Shown: piece by piece, positions 32,589 to 40,539 of the stretch
Position numbering within the stretch: position 1 is the first letter of the stretch
Layout: each line of letters begins with the position of its first letter
Source of the DNA: Patiriisocius sp.
Lineage (GTDB): Bacteria; Patescibacteriota; Minisyncoccia; Phycocordibacterales; UBA918
Direction: 5' to 3'
DNA length: 53,749 nt
Assembly: GCA_047624725.1 (NCBI GenBank)
Contig: JBLHQB010000001.1
Span: 1-53,749, forward strand
Made by a program: the position numbers and the translations under genes
Notes under the pieces: generated by a model
What the model saw: only the letters and a program-made list of their open reading frames with translations
Databases searched by the model: none
What the model was told of the DNA's origin: nothing

Positions 32589-35500
32589 TTATTCCTGCAC
32601 TTCTTCTGAATCTGCCTCTACCTGCGCAACCTCTTCTTTTGGCGCCAACGACTTCAACTTATCAATCAAGATCCCTGGTTCATCATTACGGATGCTGAGT
32701 TTTCCTTTTACAGCTACGCACGCCCCGGGGATCAGGATGTCTTGGTTGTTTTGGAAGACTTCGGGGAAGGCAACCATCTCGATGCTGTCGGTGAGACTTA
32801 CTAATTTTACAAAAGCCATTCGGTCTCCTTTCTTTGTCAGGAGTTCTTTTACACTCTCGATCATTCCCGCAGTCTTTACCTCCTGACCTTTGCGGCCATT
32901 GCGAGCGTCAGTCACGGTCCCGCGCTTCAGCAGGTCTTTTTCATACTTATCTAATGGGTGACCCGACACATATACTCCAAGCAGTTCCTTTTCCCAGATA
33001 AGTTTCTGGTCCTTGCTTGCGGGATCAACGTCGAAGAGGGTGAGTTCGTTGATTGCAGTATCCATGCCTCCAAAGAGTGAGTCTTGGTTGGCAGCTAGTC
33101 CAGCTACCTGCTCTTTGTTAAACGCAAGAAGCACATCAACGTTCGCGTGCATCTTTCCGCGTTCTTCAAAGCGGTCGAGTGCTCCGGTCATGATGAGCGC
33201 TTCAATAGATTTCTTGTTCAGGTTCTTGTCGTGCACGCGGGTCAGGAGGTCAGTGAGCGATGTGTAATCACCACCATTTTTTCGTTCCAAGATAATCGCA
33301 TCAGCAATTCCTTCACCGAAGTTTTTGATGGTTGTGAGTCCAAATCGAATTTTTGCATCCACACCGTTCTTTGCAGGTACTACGGTAAACGGTGAAAAAC
33401 TTTCGTTAATATCTGGCGGAAGTACTTCCAAATCCATACGTTCACACTCGTGAATGATCTCTGAAATCTTCTCCGTGTCTCCTGCGTCAGCGGTAAGTAC
33501 TGAAGACATGTACTCGGAAGGGTAGTTAGCCTTCATGTACGCTGTTTGGTACGCTACACGGCCATAGGATGCCGCGTGAGCCTTGTTAAACCCGTATGCA
33601 GCAAAAGGTACGATCTGTTCCCAAAGCTTGTCAGAAACGCCTTGTGAGAGCTTTCCGTGGTCACGGAATCCGTCCATAAGTTTAGCTTTCTCAGCCTCCA
33701 TCACCTCAGGAATTTTCTTACCCATGGCCTTACGTAGCTTATCGGCATCAAGCCACGAATAGCCCGCAAGCTCAATTGAGATCATCATAACGTCATCCTG
33801 GTAGGTGATAACTCCGTAGGAACGATCAAGAATCTGCTCCAGGCGCGGATCAAGGAAAGTGATCATATTTGGACTATGCTTTCGTTCAATATAGGTCGGG
33901 ATCATTTCCATCGGTCCAGGACGATACAACGCCACCATCGCGTTGATGTCGTGAATGGTGGTCGGCTTCAGCTGCTTAAGGAATGACGTCATTCCTGTAC
34001 CGTTGAGCTGGAAGAGTCCCATAGTCTCACCGTTAGCAAGCATGTCGAACGTCTTCTGGTCATCAACCGGAATGTCTTCAATATCAACATCAATATCATG
34101 AATCTTCTTTACACGCTTCACCGCGTCAGCCAAAATTGCGAGGTTTTTAATACCAAGGAAGTCGAACTTCAAAAGCCCAACACCATCTTCTCCTACAGAA
34201 TGCATTTCGTACTGCGTCACATGCTTACCTGTCTTCGAGTCAACTTGAATAGGTACGTAGTTGGTCAGTGCCTCAGGCGCAATCACCACACCAGCCGCAT
34301 GCACACCCATGTGTCGCACACGTCCTTCAATACGTTTTGCAAGGTCAATCACTTGTCGTGATTCACTGTCTTGTTTGTATAGCTTTGCGAGGTCCTTCTC
34401 AATCTCCATCGCACGATCAATAGTCATTGCAAATCCCTGACTTCCCATAGGAATAAGCTTAGAGATTCTGTCTCCAGTGGAGTAGGGGTGGCCTAGCGCA
34501 CGCGCCACATCCTTAACCGCAGCTCGCGCCATCATCGTTCCGAATGTCCCGATCTGCGCCACCTTATCCGCACCGTATTTTTCTTTGGCATACTCAATAA
34601 TCTCATCACGCCGATTATCAGCGAAGTCCATATCAACGTCGGGAGCCGATGGTCGCTCGGGGTTGAGGAATCGCTCGAAGGGAAGTTTGTACTCAAGTGG
34701 GTCTACGTTAGTAATCCCTAGAACGTACGTTGCGTACGAACCAGCTACTGATCCACGAATAGTGGTGTAGATCCCACGTTCACGGGCTTCACGCAGAAGG
34801 TCACCTACCGCGAGGAAGTATTTTGAGTATCCTTTGGTTTTGATAACCTCAAGCTCGTAGTTGATACGCTTCTTAACGACTTCGTCGTTCATGTCGTGCT
34901 TTCGCCAGAGTACTCCTGCGTACGCCATTTCTTTCAGTTCATCGTCAGGCGTTTTGCCGCTAGCAATCTTATAGTCAGGGAACTTCCATGCTTCTTGTCC
35001 GAGCACGATCTCAACGTGACATTGATCCGCAATCTTTACCGTATTCGCAATAGCCTCAGGAAGATCCTTAAACTTTTCTTTCATCTCTTCTTGAGTGGCA
35101 AACGAAAAGTCTTCAGCAAATGCTTCATCAGGATCAACAACACCACCACTTTGAATCTTCATCATCAACGCACGTATTACCGAGTCGTCTTTGTCCATGT
35201 AGTAGATGTCTTGGGCTGCTACTAAAGGAACGTCACCTTCCTTAGCGAGTGTTTGAATTTTCTCTTGCAGCTCTTGATGGTCAAGAATCTCAGGATGATG
35301 CGTAATCTCGTGATAGAGGTTCTCTTTGAAAACATCTTTGTACCACGCGAGTGATGCTGCAGCCTTCTCCAGGTCATTGTTCTTTAAATGTTGCGCAGTT
35401 TCTCCTGCGAAAGAGGGGATGATACAGATGAGGCCTTCGCAATGGTCTTTAATAAGTTCGTGATCGATTCGCGCACGATAGTAGAATCCTTCGGTGTTAG

Positions 35501-35828
35501 CGATAGTCACCATCTTGATCAGGTTTTTGTAGCCAACATCATTTTTAGCCAAGAGTACCAGGCGTCCCCGTGGACGGTCCATCATTTCTTTGTCGTGCCG
35601 CGTTCGAGGTGCCATAAACGCATCAAGACCGATAATTGGTTTAATGCCACCCTTGTGACACTGAGAATAGAAGTCGATTGCCCCATAGAGCGCACCAGCA
35701 TCAGTAATCGCCATTGCATGCTGCCCGTCAGCCACAGCAGCCTTCACAAGCTCCTTGGGCGTCGGTACGGCGTTAAGAAGCGAATACATTGAGTGTGTAT
35801 GCAAGTGCACAAACTCAGCTTTCTCCAT
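32589..35828 (-). CDS. dnaE: DNA polymerase III alpha subunit
   Basis: PHP N-terminus FVHLHTHSMYSLL, GLLKFDFLG, FNKAHAASY, C-terminal OB fold. Start set at ATG 35828 (GGAGG 8 nt upstream), with 35852 as an alternative. The ORF-track start 35945 runs into a repeat. Confidence 0.92.
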   Translation of the reverse strand: MEKAEFVHLHTHSMYSLLNAVPTPKELVKAAVADGQHAMAITDAGALYGAIDFYSQCHKGGIKPIIGLDAFMAPRTRHDKEMMDRPRGRLVLLAKNDVGYKNLIKMVTIANTEGFYYRARIDHELIKDHCEGLICIIPSFAGETAQHLKNNDLEKAAASLAWYKDVFKENLYHEITHHPEILDHQELQEKIQTLAKEGDVPLVAAQDIYYMDKDDSVIRALMMKIQSGGVVDPDEAFAEDFSFATQEEMKEKFKDLPEAIANTVKIADQCHVEIVLGQEAWKFPDYKIASGKTPDDELKEMAYAGVLWRKHDMNDEVVKKRINYELEVIKTKGYSKYFLAVGDLLREARERGIYTTIRGSVAGSYATYVLGITNVDPLEYKLPFERFLNPERPSAPDVDMDFADNRRDEIIEYAKEKYGADKVAQIGTFGTMMARAAVKDVARALGHPYSTGDRISKLIPMGSQGFAMTIDRAMEIEKDLAKLYKQDSESRQVIDLAKRIEGRVRHMGVHAAGVVIAPEALTNYVPIQVDSKTGKHVTQYEMHSVGEDGVGLLKFDFLGIKNLAILADAVKRVKKIHDIDVDIEDIPVDDQKTFDMLANGETMGLFQLNGTGMTSFLKQLKPTTIHDINAMVALYRPGPMEMIPTYIERKHSPNMITFLDPRLEQILDRSYGVITYQDDVMMISIELAGYSWLDADKLRKAMGKKIPEVMEAEKAKLMDGFRDHGKLSQGVSDKLWEQIVPFAAYGFNKAHAASYGRVAYQTAYMKANYPSEYMSSVLTADAGDTEKISEIIHECERMDLEVLPPDINESFSPFTVVPAKNGVDAKIRFGLTTIKNFGEGIADAIILERKNGGDYTSLTDLLTRVHDKNLNKKSIEALIMTGALDRFEERGKMHANVDVLLAFNKEQVAGLAANQDSLFGGMDTAINELTLFDVDPASKDQKLIWEKELLGVYVSGHPLDKYEKDLLKRGTVTDARNGRKGQEVKTAGMIESVKELLTKKGDRMAFVKLVSLTDSIEMVAFPEVFQNNQDILIPGACVAVKGKLSIRNDEPGILIDKLKSLAPKEEVAQVEADSEEVQE

Positions 35829-35932
35829 AGGTTTTTCCTCCGATTCAGACATAGTGAGAGTAGTATAGCAAAAAGTCTTTGGAGAGTTATCTACAGGCAA
35901 CAACTTACTATCACTGTCGATAAATACGGTTC

Positions 35933-36003
35933 CCTGGATTGCCACGCTCGCGCTCGCAAAGACGGAGTGTTGTCTTTGCGAGACCCTGGTCGAAGCAATC
36001 CAG
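35933..36003. repeat. Inverted pair of family A units (R then F) between divergent dnaE and rnhB
   Basis: CCTGGATTGCcacgctcgcgCTCGCAAAGACGG-agtgt-tGTCTTTGCGAGaccctggtcgaaGCAATCCAG. Confidence 0.8.
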
Positions 36004-36029
36004 CGCCGTTACTGGTATATTTCTTACTA

Positions 36030-36683
36030 ATGAACAAATACACCATAGGTATAGACGAAGCTGGACGAGGTCCATTAGCAGGCCCTGTCTCTGTTGGCGT
36101 CGCATGCGTACCTGCTGACTTTAATTGGGATCAGATTCCTGGTGTAAACGATTCGAAGAAGCTTACCGAAAAGAAACGAGAAGAAATTTTTGATATTGCG
36201 AATAGTTTAGAAAAGGAAGGGAAGCTGCAAACTGAAGTGGTGATGGTTGCAGCGAACGTGATTGATGAGATCGGAATCGTACCATCGGTCACCAAAGCAA
36301 TGCATCGTGCACTACACAAGATTGAAGAAAATATGGCTAAAAGTTCGAGATCCGTACTCGAACTTGAGGATGTTCGAGATCCGTACTCGAACGTGTCGGT
36401 TAAGCTTGATGGGGGACTGAAGGCTCCTGATCATTATTCTAATCAGGAGACGATTGTTAAGGGTGATGCGAAGGAGAAGGTGATTGGTTTGGCATCTATT
36501 ATGGCGAAGGTGACACGGGATCGGTATATGGTGCAAAGGCATGCAGAGCCAGATTTTGCGGTATATATGTTTGATGCACATAAGGGGTATGGTACGAAAA
36601 AGCATCGTGAAGCTATCGCACAAAATGGTTTATCTGTAGAGCATCGTAGAAGCTATTGTAAACAAATAAGCAAAGGAACGTAG
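36030..36683 (+). CDS. rnhB: Ribonuclease HII
   Basis: MNKYTIGIDEAGRGPLAGPVSVG..DSKKL..ASIMAKVTRD..GYGT. Start moved to ATG 36030. The last 4 codons + stop lie inside the family B flank motif. Confidence 0.88.
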   Translation: MNKYTIGIDEAGRGPLAGPVSVGVACVPADFNWDQIPGVNDSKKLTEKKREEIFDIANSLEKEGKLQTEVVMVAANVIDEIGIVPSVTKAMHRALHKIEENMAKSSRSVLELEDVRDPYSNVSVKLDGGLKAPDHYSNQETIVKGDAKEKVIGLASIMAKVTRDRYMVQRHAEPDFAVYMFDAHKGYGTKKHREAIAQNGLSVEHRRSYCKQISKGT

Positions 36684-36740
36684 TGACTATTGCGAATTTA
36701 GTTCCCAATTCCCTCCTTTCTTAGAAGGAATTGCTGGAAC
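36674..36740 (+). repeat. Family B element copy 3
   Basis: AGGAACGTAGTGACTATTGCGAATTTA GTTCC-CAATTCC..GGAATTG-ct-GGAAC (hairpin 36701-36740). Confidence 0.8.
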
Positions 36741-36843
36741 ATCCTGATCTGCGTGGTAACTATTGCAATATTAAGGATATGCTATACCATTGCCCGTCCC
36801 GCTGGAATGTCCAGGTAGGAATCGTTATTTTGGGAGAGATACA

Positions 36844-36975
36844 ATGACAGAAGAAACTGGTGAAGAAATCATGAATCGCACATCGCAAACCGCTGTAGTT
36901 CCGATGCTTGCAGGGGTTCAGATGATGCAGCAAGGGGTTCGCATTTGGTTCAGCCTGTGGGGCTTTAAGATATAA
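36844..36975 (+). CDS. Possible small hydrophobic protein (43 aa)
   Basis: GGGAGAG RBS 5 nt upstream of ATG 36844. MTEETGEEIMNRTSQTAVVPMLAGVQMMQQGVRIWFSLWGFKI*. A strong terminator follows. Confidence 0.4.
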   Translation: MTEETGEEIMNRTSQTAVVPMLAGVQMMQQGVRIWFSLWGFKI

Positions 36976-36989
36976 GTACTTCATTTAAG

Positions 36990-37023
36990 AAAAAAAGCCG
37001 CCTGATACTATCAGGCGGCTTTT
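36990..37023 (+). terminator. Rho-independent terminator
   Basis: AAAAAAAGCCGCCTGATA-c-TATCAGGCGGCTTTT. Confidence 0.85.
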
Positions 37024-37106
37024 ACATCTTTGTAAAATAATAAAAGTATTGTAGGATGTTCTGTAGAGTCACATTAGTGATGAGATAAGAAAGTTAGGGA
37101 GAATAC

Positions 37107-37469
37107 ATGTCGGAAGCTACCAAGAAGAAACATTTTCAGTTTCTGGATCACAATGATCCACGAGACATCGACCTTGATTGTGTACAACGTTACACAGTTC
37201 TGCTGGAGGCGAAGCTGAGGGAGGATGATGAGCTTGCTGGGGTTGATGTGTTTAATACACCTGTACCAATCCGATTGATTGATGATGACGAATTTCTGTT
37301 CGGCGCTCAGTTCATTGGACGTTTACTGAATGTTATGACCACTGCGGGCATAGTTTGCGTGACGGTAGTAGACGACTTCACGTCGTCTCTTACGTTTCAA
37401 AATCTACTTGATTTTGCCAAGCAATTGATCGCCTCATGGGGCGGTGGTTCACCTGAAGTTGCTTCATAA
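37107..37469 (+). CDS. Hypothetical acidic protein (120 aa)
   Basis: AGGGAGA RBS and its own terminator. No family recognised. Confidence 0.55.
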   Translation: MSEATKKKHFQFLDHNDPRDIDLDCVQRYTVLLEAKLREDDELAGVDVFNTPVPIRLIDDDEFLFGAQFIGRLLNVMTTAGIVCVTVVDDFTSSLTFQNLLDFAKQLIASWGGGSPEVAS

Positions 37470-37483
37470 AATATATGGAGTCC

Positions 37484-37514
37484 AAAGACCGTCCTGAATC
37501 AGGGCGGTCTTTTC
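37484..37514 (+). terminator. Rho-independent terminator
   Basis: AAAGACCGTCCT-gaatc-AGGGCGGTCTTTTCTTTT. Confidence 0.75.
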
Positions 37515-37596
37515 TTTTACTTAGGTTATTACGTCCACAAGGCATTGCATATTTTTCTATATCTGCTATAGTTCTGGCCACTAAGTAACAAATCTT

Positions 37597-37917
37597 ATGG
37601 TAATTCGAATGCGACATACGCGGGCTCATACAAAGAACCGGCGATCACACCACTCACTAAAAGCACCTGCATTGGCTGTGTGTTCTAACTGTGGATCACA
37701 ACACCGACCTCATCACATGTGTCTAGAATGTGGTTTCTACAAAGGACGTCAAGTACTTGACCTCGAAGGACAGAAATCAAAGCGAAACGCACGTATGCAA
37801 GCTAAGAAGGACGCAATCACTGCAAACGCAGAATCAATTGCACCAACTGAAGCAGAGGGAGTTTCAGACGCAGAACTCGTAGAGTCTGTAGAAACAAAAG
37901 ACGAAGACAAGAAATAA
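37597..37917 (+). CDS. rpmF: 50S ribosomal protein L32 with C-terminal extension
   Basis: [44 protein letters not shown] (zinc-ribbon CxxC..CxxC). Confidence 0.85.
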   Translation: MVIRMRHTRAHTKNRRSHHSLKAPALAVCSNCGSQHRPHHMCLECGFYKGRQVLDLEGQKSKRNARMQAKKDAITANAESIAPTEAEGVSDAELVESVETKDEDKK

Positions 37918-37924
37918 ATCTCCG

Positions 37925-37952
37925 AAAAGTGCTCCGTAGGGAGCGCTTTTTT
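37925..37952 (+). terminator. Rho-independent terminator
   Basis: AAAAGTGCTCC-gtag-GGAGCGCTTTTTT. Confidence 0.75.
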
Positions 37953-38060
37953 GTCCACCATGTTTTTTTGACACATACGCAAAAGTGTTAGTAAGTCATC
38001 TAGGCACAAGGACAGTAGAGGTATATACTTGTTGGCAGTAGAAGTTAGTACATTATTTTC

Positions 38061-38954
38061 ATGGCAAATCGACATTTATCGCGATCAATCGTTCTTCAAA
38101 CCCTCTTCGAGTGGGATTTAAATGATATAGACAAGAAGGGACTTATTGACGTTTTAAACCGTAACGTAGAAGAATTCGCGCCAAACAAGGCAGACAATCC
38201 TTTTATTGAGAAGCTCCTTGATGGGGTTATTGGCAAGCAGCCTGAATTAGATCAGGTTATTGAAAAAGCCGCACCTGAGTGGCCTATTGATCGTATCTCG
38301 CCAGTAGACCGAAACATTCTGCGTTTAGGACTCTACGAACTTTTGTTTGCTGATCGAAAAGAAGTGCCAGCTAAGGTTGCGATCAATGAAGCGATTGAGC
38401 TTGCGAAGCAATTTGGAGGAGATAATAGTAGTCGTTTTGTAAACGGGGTACTTGGCGCTGTCTATAAGGAAATTGGTGAACCAGGGAAGGAGGAGCAAGG
38501 AAAGAAAAAGAAAGCCGTACCATTTGATGAGATGCCTATCTTCCGACTCTCAGGAGCTGTTGTGTACGCTATGGAGGACGATGTGATGTACCTTGCACTC
38601 GTGCACGACATCTTCGGACACTGGACACTCTCTAAAGGAAAGATTGAAGAAGGAGAGACAGTAGAAGAAGGAGCGAAGCGTGAGCTTAAGGAAGAGATTG
38701 GATTAGATATTGAAATTGAAGCAGAACTTGGAAAGAACGAATACGTTGCGTCGCATCCAGAACTTGGAAAGATCCGTAAGCAGGTAACGTATTACTTGGC
38801 AGAAGCGCCGTACACAGAGCTGACGCTTGAGAACAAGGGAGGACTTGATGACGCGCAATGGTTTAAGGTTGCAGATATTTTGGATTTGAATTTCTACGAG
38901 GACATCTTACCTATCGTAACCAAAGCCATCACAATGTTAGTGGCCAAGAAATAA
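38061..38954 (+). CDS. nusB: NusB antitermination factor fused to a C-terminal NUDIX hydrolase domain
   Basis: Residues 1-135 are NusB-like (RSIVLQTLFEWDL..NEAIELAKQFGGDNSSRFVNGVLG). Residues 193-215 are a perfect Nudix box GKIEEGETVEEGAKRELKEEIGL (nt 38637-38705). Confidence 0.8.
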   Translation: MANRHLSRSIVLQTLFEWDLNDIDKKGLIDVLNRNVEEFAPNKADNPFIEKLLDGVIGKQPELDQVIEKAAPEWPIDRISPVDRNILRLGLYELLFADRKEVPAKVAINEAIELAKQFGGDNSSRFVNGVLGAVYKEIGEPGKEEQGKKKKAVPFDEMPIFRLSGAVVYAMEDDVMYLALVHDIFGHWTLSKGKIEEGETVEEGAKRELKEEIGLDIEIEAELGKNEYVASHPELGKIRKQVTYYLAEAPYTELTLENKGGLDDAQWFKVADILDLNFYEDILPIVTKAITMLVAKK

Positions 38955-39063
38955 CGTCATCTACTTTGTCAGACTACGAAAAAAGAGCCTTACCGTACGT
39001 TAAGTACGACTCGGCTCTTTTTTCTTGTCTTCCGCGTATCTAACGCTATTTCTTGGCCACTAA
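38937..39063. repeat. 20-bp inverted repeat enclosing family C terminator module copy 2
   Basis: TTAGTGGCCAAGAAATAACG (last 6 codons + stop of nusB) pairs with CGCTATTTCTTGGCCACTAA (39044-39063), 19/20. Confidence 0.8.
38979..39027 (+). terminator. Family C terminator-hairpin module, copy 2
   Basis: AAAAAAGAGCCttaCCGTACgttaaGTACGactcGGCTCTTTTTTCTT. Confidence 0.75.
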
Positions 39064-39230
39064 GTAAGTAAGATAAAACGGGGGTAGGTGTGCTTTTTGC
39101 TTTGTTGATTGATGGGGAAAGTGGTGTATAGTGAAATTGACTCGTAGATAGATTGAAGAAGGTGTATGAGACACTATTTGCAATGTACCTCGCGAGTTAT
39201 GGGTTATTAGATATATAACGATTCATAATT

Positions 39231-39941
39231 ATGACTGTAGAACGAAATATAGATGGAGACATGGTGAAGATTGAGGCACTGGTTGGCGTTACTTTTACTG
39301 ACAAGATGCATTTACTTACGGCGATTACACACCGTTCGTATCTGAACGAAAACCGGGACGCGAAGCAAGAGCACAACGAACGCCTGGAGTTTTTGGGTGA
39401 CGCAGTGCTTGAGTTGGTGGTTACTGATTTTCTCTTCAAGAAGTACCCCGAGAAGCCAGAAGGAGAGCTTACGGCAGTGCGTGCTGCACTTGTGAATACT
39501 ATTTCGCTTGCTGAGGCATCTACTAATCTTGAGATAAACGACTTCCTGCTCATGTCTAAAGGGGAAGCAAAAGACACAGGGCGAGCGCGTCAATACATTC
39601 TCGCAAATGTATTTGAAGCACTTATTGGTGCGTTGTACATGGACCAGGGGTACGATGCATCACAGAAATTTATCGCAGATCACTTGTTTGCAAAGACAGA
39701 CAAGATTGTTGAAAAGCGACTATGGCAAGATGCTAAAAGCCGTTTCCAGGAATTGGCACAAGAACATCACAGTGTAACGCCAACGTACGAGACGCTTGGA
39801 CAAGAAGGTCCAGACCACGATCGTGTGTTTACTGTTGGAGTATTCTTAGGAAAAGATAAGATTGGAGAAGGAAAGGGGTTGGCAAAACAAGAAGCTGAAC
39901 AGAAAGCTGCTGAAGATGCTATTACGAACAAAGCTTGGTAG
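39231..39941 (+). CDS. rnc: Ribonuclease III
   Basis: RNase III signature NERLEFLGDAVLELVV, plus a C-terminal dsRBD (GPDHDRVFTV..GKGLAKQEAEQKAA). Confidence 0.9.
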   Translation: MTVERNIDGDMVKIEALVGVTFTDKMHLLTAITHRSYLNENRDAKQEHNERLEFLGDAVLELVVTDFLFKKYPEKPEGELTAVRAALVNTISLAEASTNLEINDFLLMSKGEAKDTGRARQYILANVFEALIGALYMDQGYDASQKFIADHLFAKTDKIVEKRLWQDAKSRFQELAQEHHSVTPTYETLGQEGPDHDRVFTVGVFLGKDKIGEGKGLAKQEAEQKAAEDAITNKAW

Positions 39942-39956
39942 TAGCGTAAAATTATG

Positions 39957-39995
39957 CACAAAGCCTGGAAATACATAGTATTTCCAGGCTTTGTG
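39957..39995 (+). terminator. Perfect 17-bp hairpin after rnc (terminator-like, no clean U-tract)
   Basis: CACAAAGCCTGGAAATA-catag-TATTTCCAGGCTTTGTG. Confidence 0.5.
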
Positions 39996-40012
39996 CGTGG
40001 TATTATACAAGT

Positions 40013-40528
40013 ATGAAAAATCTTACTGCCTCAATACGAGGATTTACACTCATAGAGCTGATGGTTGTTATTGGTATTATCGGGATACTCTCAAGTATCG
40101 CGTTCGTTGGATTTGATGGTGCTCGCGAGAAGTCTCGTGATGAGAAGCGTGTGGTTGACATAGCTCAGATTGAGCTAGCGCTTCGTTTGTACGTTGAGCA
40201 AAATGGACATTACCCACTTGAGGCCGATGGATTTAGTGGGGGTACACTCGGACGCATCTGTGAAAGTTGCACTGGTCCTATTAATGCTGCGTTGCAGACG
40301 TACTTAGGATCAGTACCATCAGACCCGCTGGACACCGGTAATTATTATTACTATTACGACGGTAACCAAAGCTGTGGAGGTAACCCAACCCAGGCAGTTG
40401 TTTCAGCTCGGACTATGGAGACTGATCGGTATAAAAATACTGCAGATACTATTTGCTCCTCATGGGGAGGAGAAGGAGGGATTGGTGGTACTGACTCGTA
40501 TAACACTGTGCTGGGCGACGGCGGGTAA
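40013..40528 (+). CDS. Type IV pilin-like protein
   Basis: MKNLTASIRG|FTLIELMVVIGIIGILSSIAFV prepilin motif. Confidence 0.8.
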   Translation: MKNLTASIRGFTLIELMVVIGIIGILSSIAFVGFDGAREKSRDEKRVVDIAQIELALRLYVEQNGHYPLEADGFSGGTLGRICESCTGPINAALQTYLGSVPSDPLDTGNYYYYYDGNQSCGGNPTQAVVSARTMETDRYKNTADTICSSWGGEGGIGGTDSYNTVLGDGG

Positions 40529-40539
40529 TATAGAAACGG

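Noticed and set aside
35793-35945. Long N-terminal extensions of rnhB (start 35793) and dnaE (start 35945) overlapping each other
   Set aside because: Both extensions read through the family A repeat pair and have no homology-type motifs. Internal ATGs give canonical N-termini (MNKYTIGIDEAGRG for rnhB, and MEKAEFVHLHTHS with a GGAGG RBS for dnaE).
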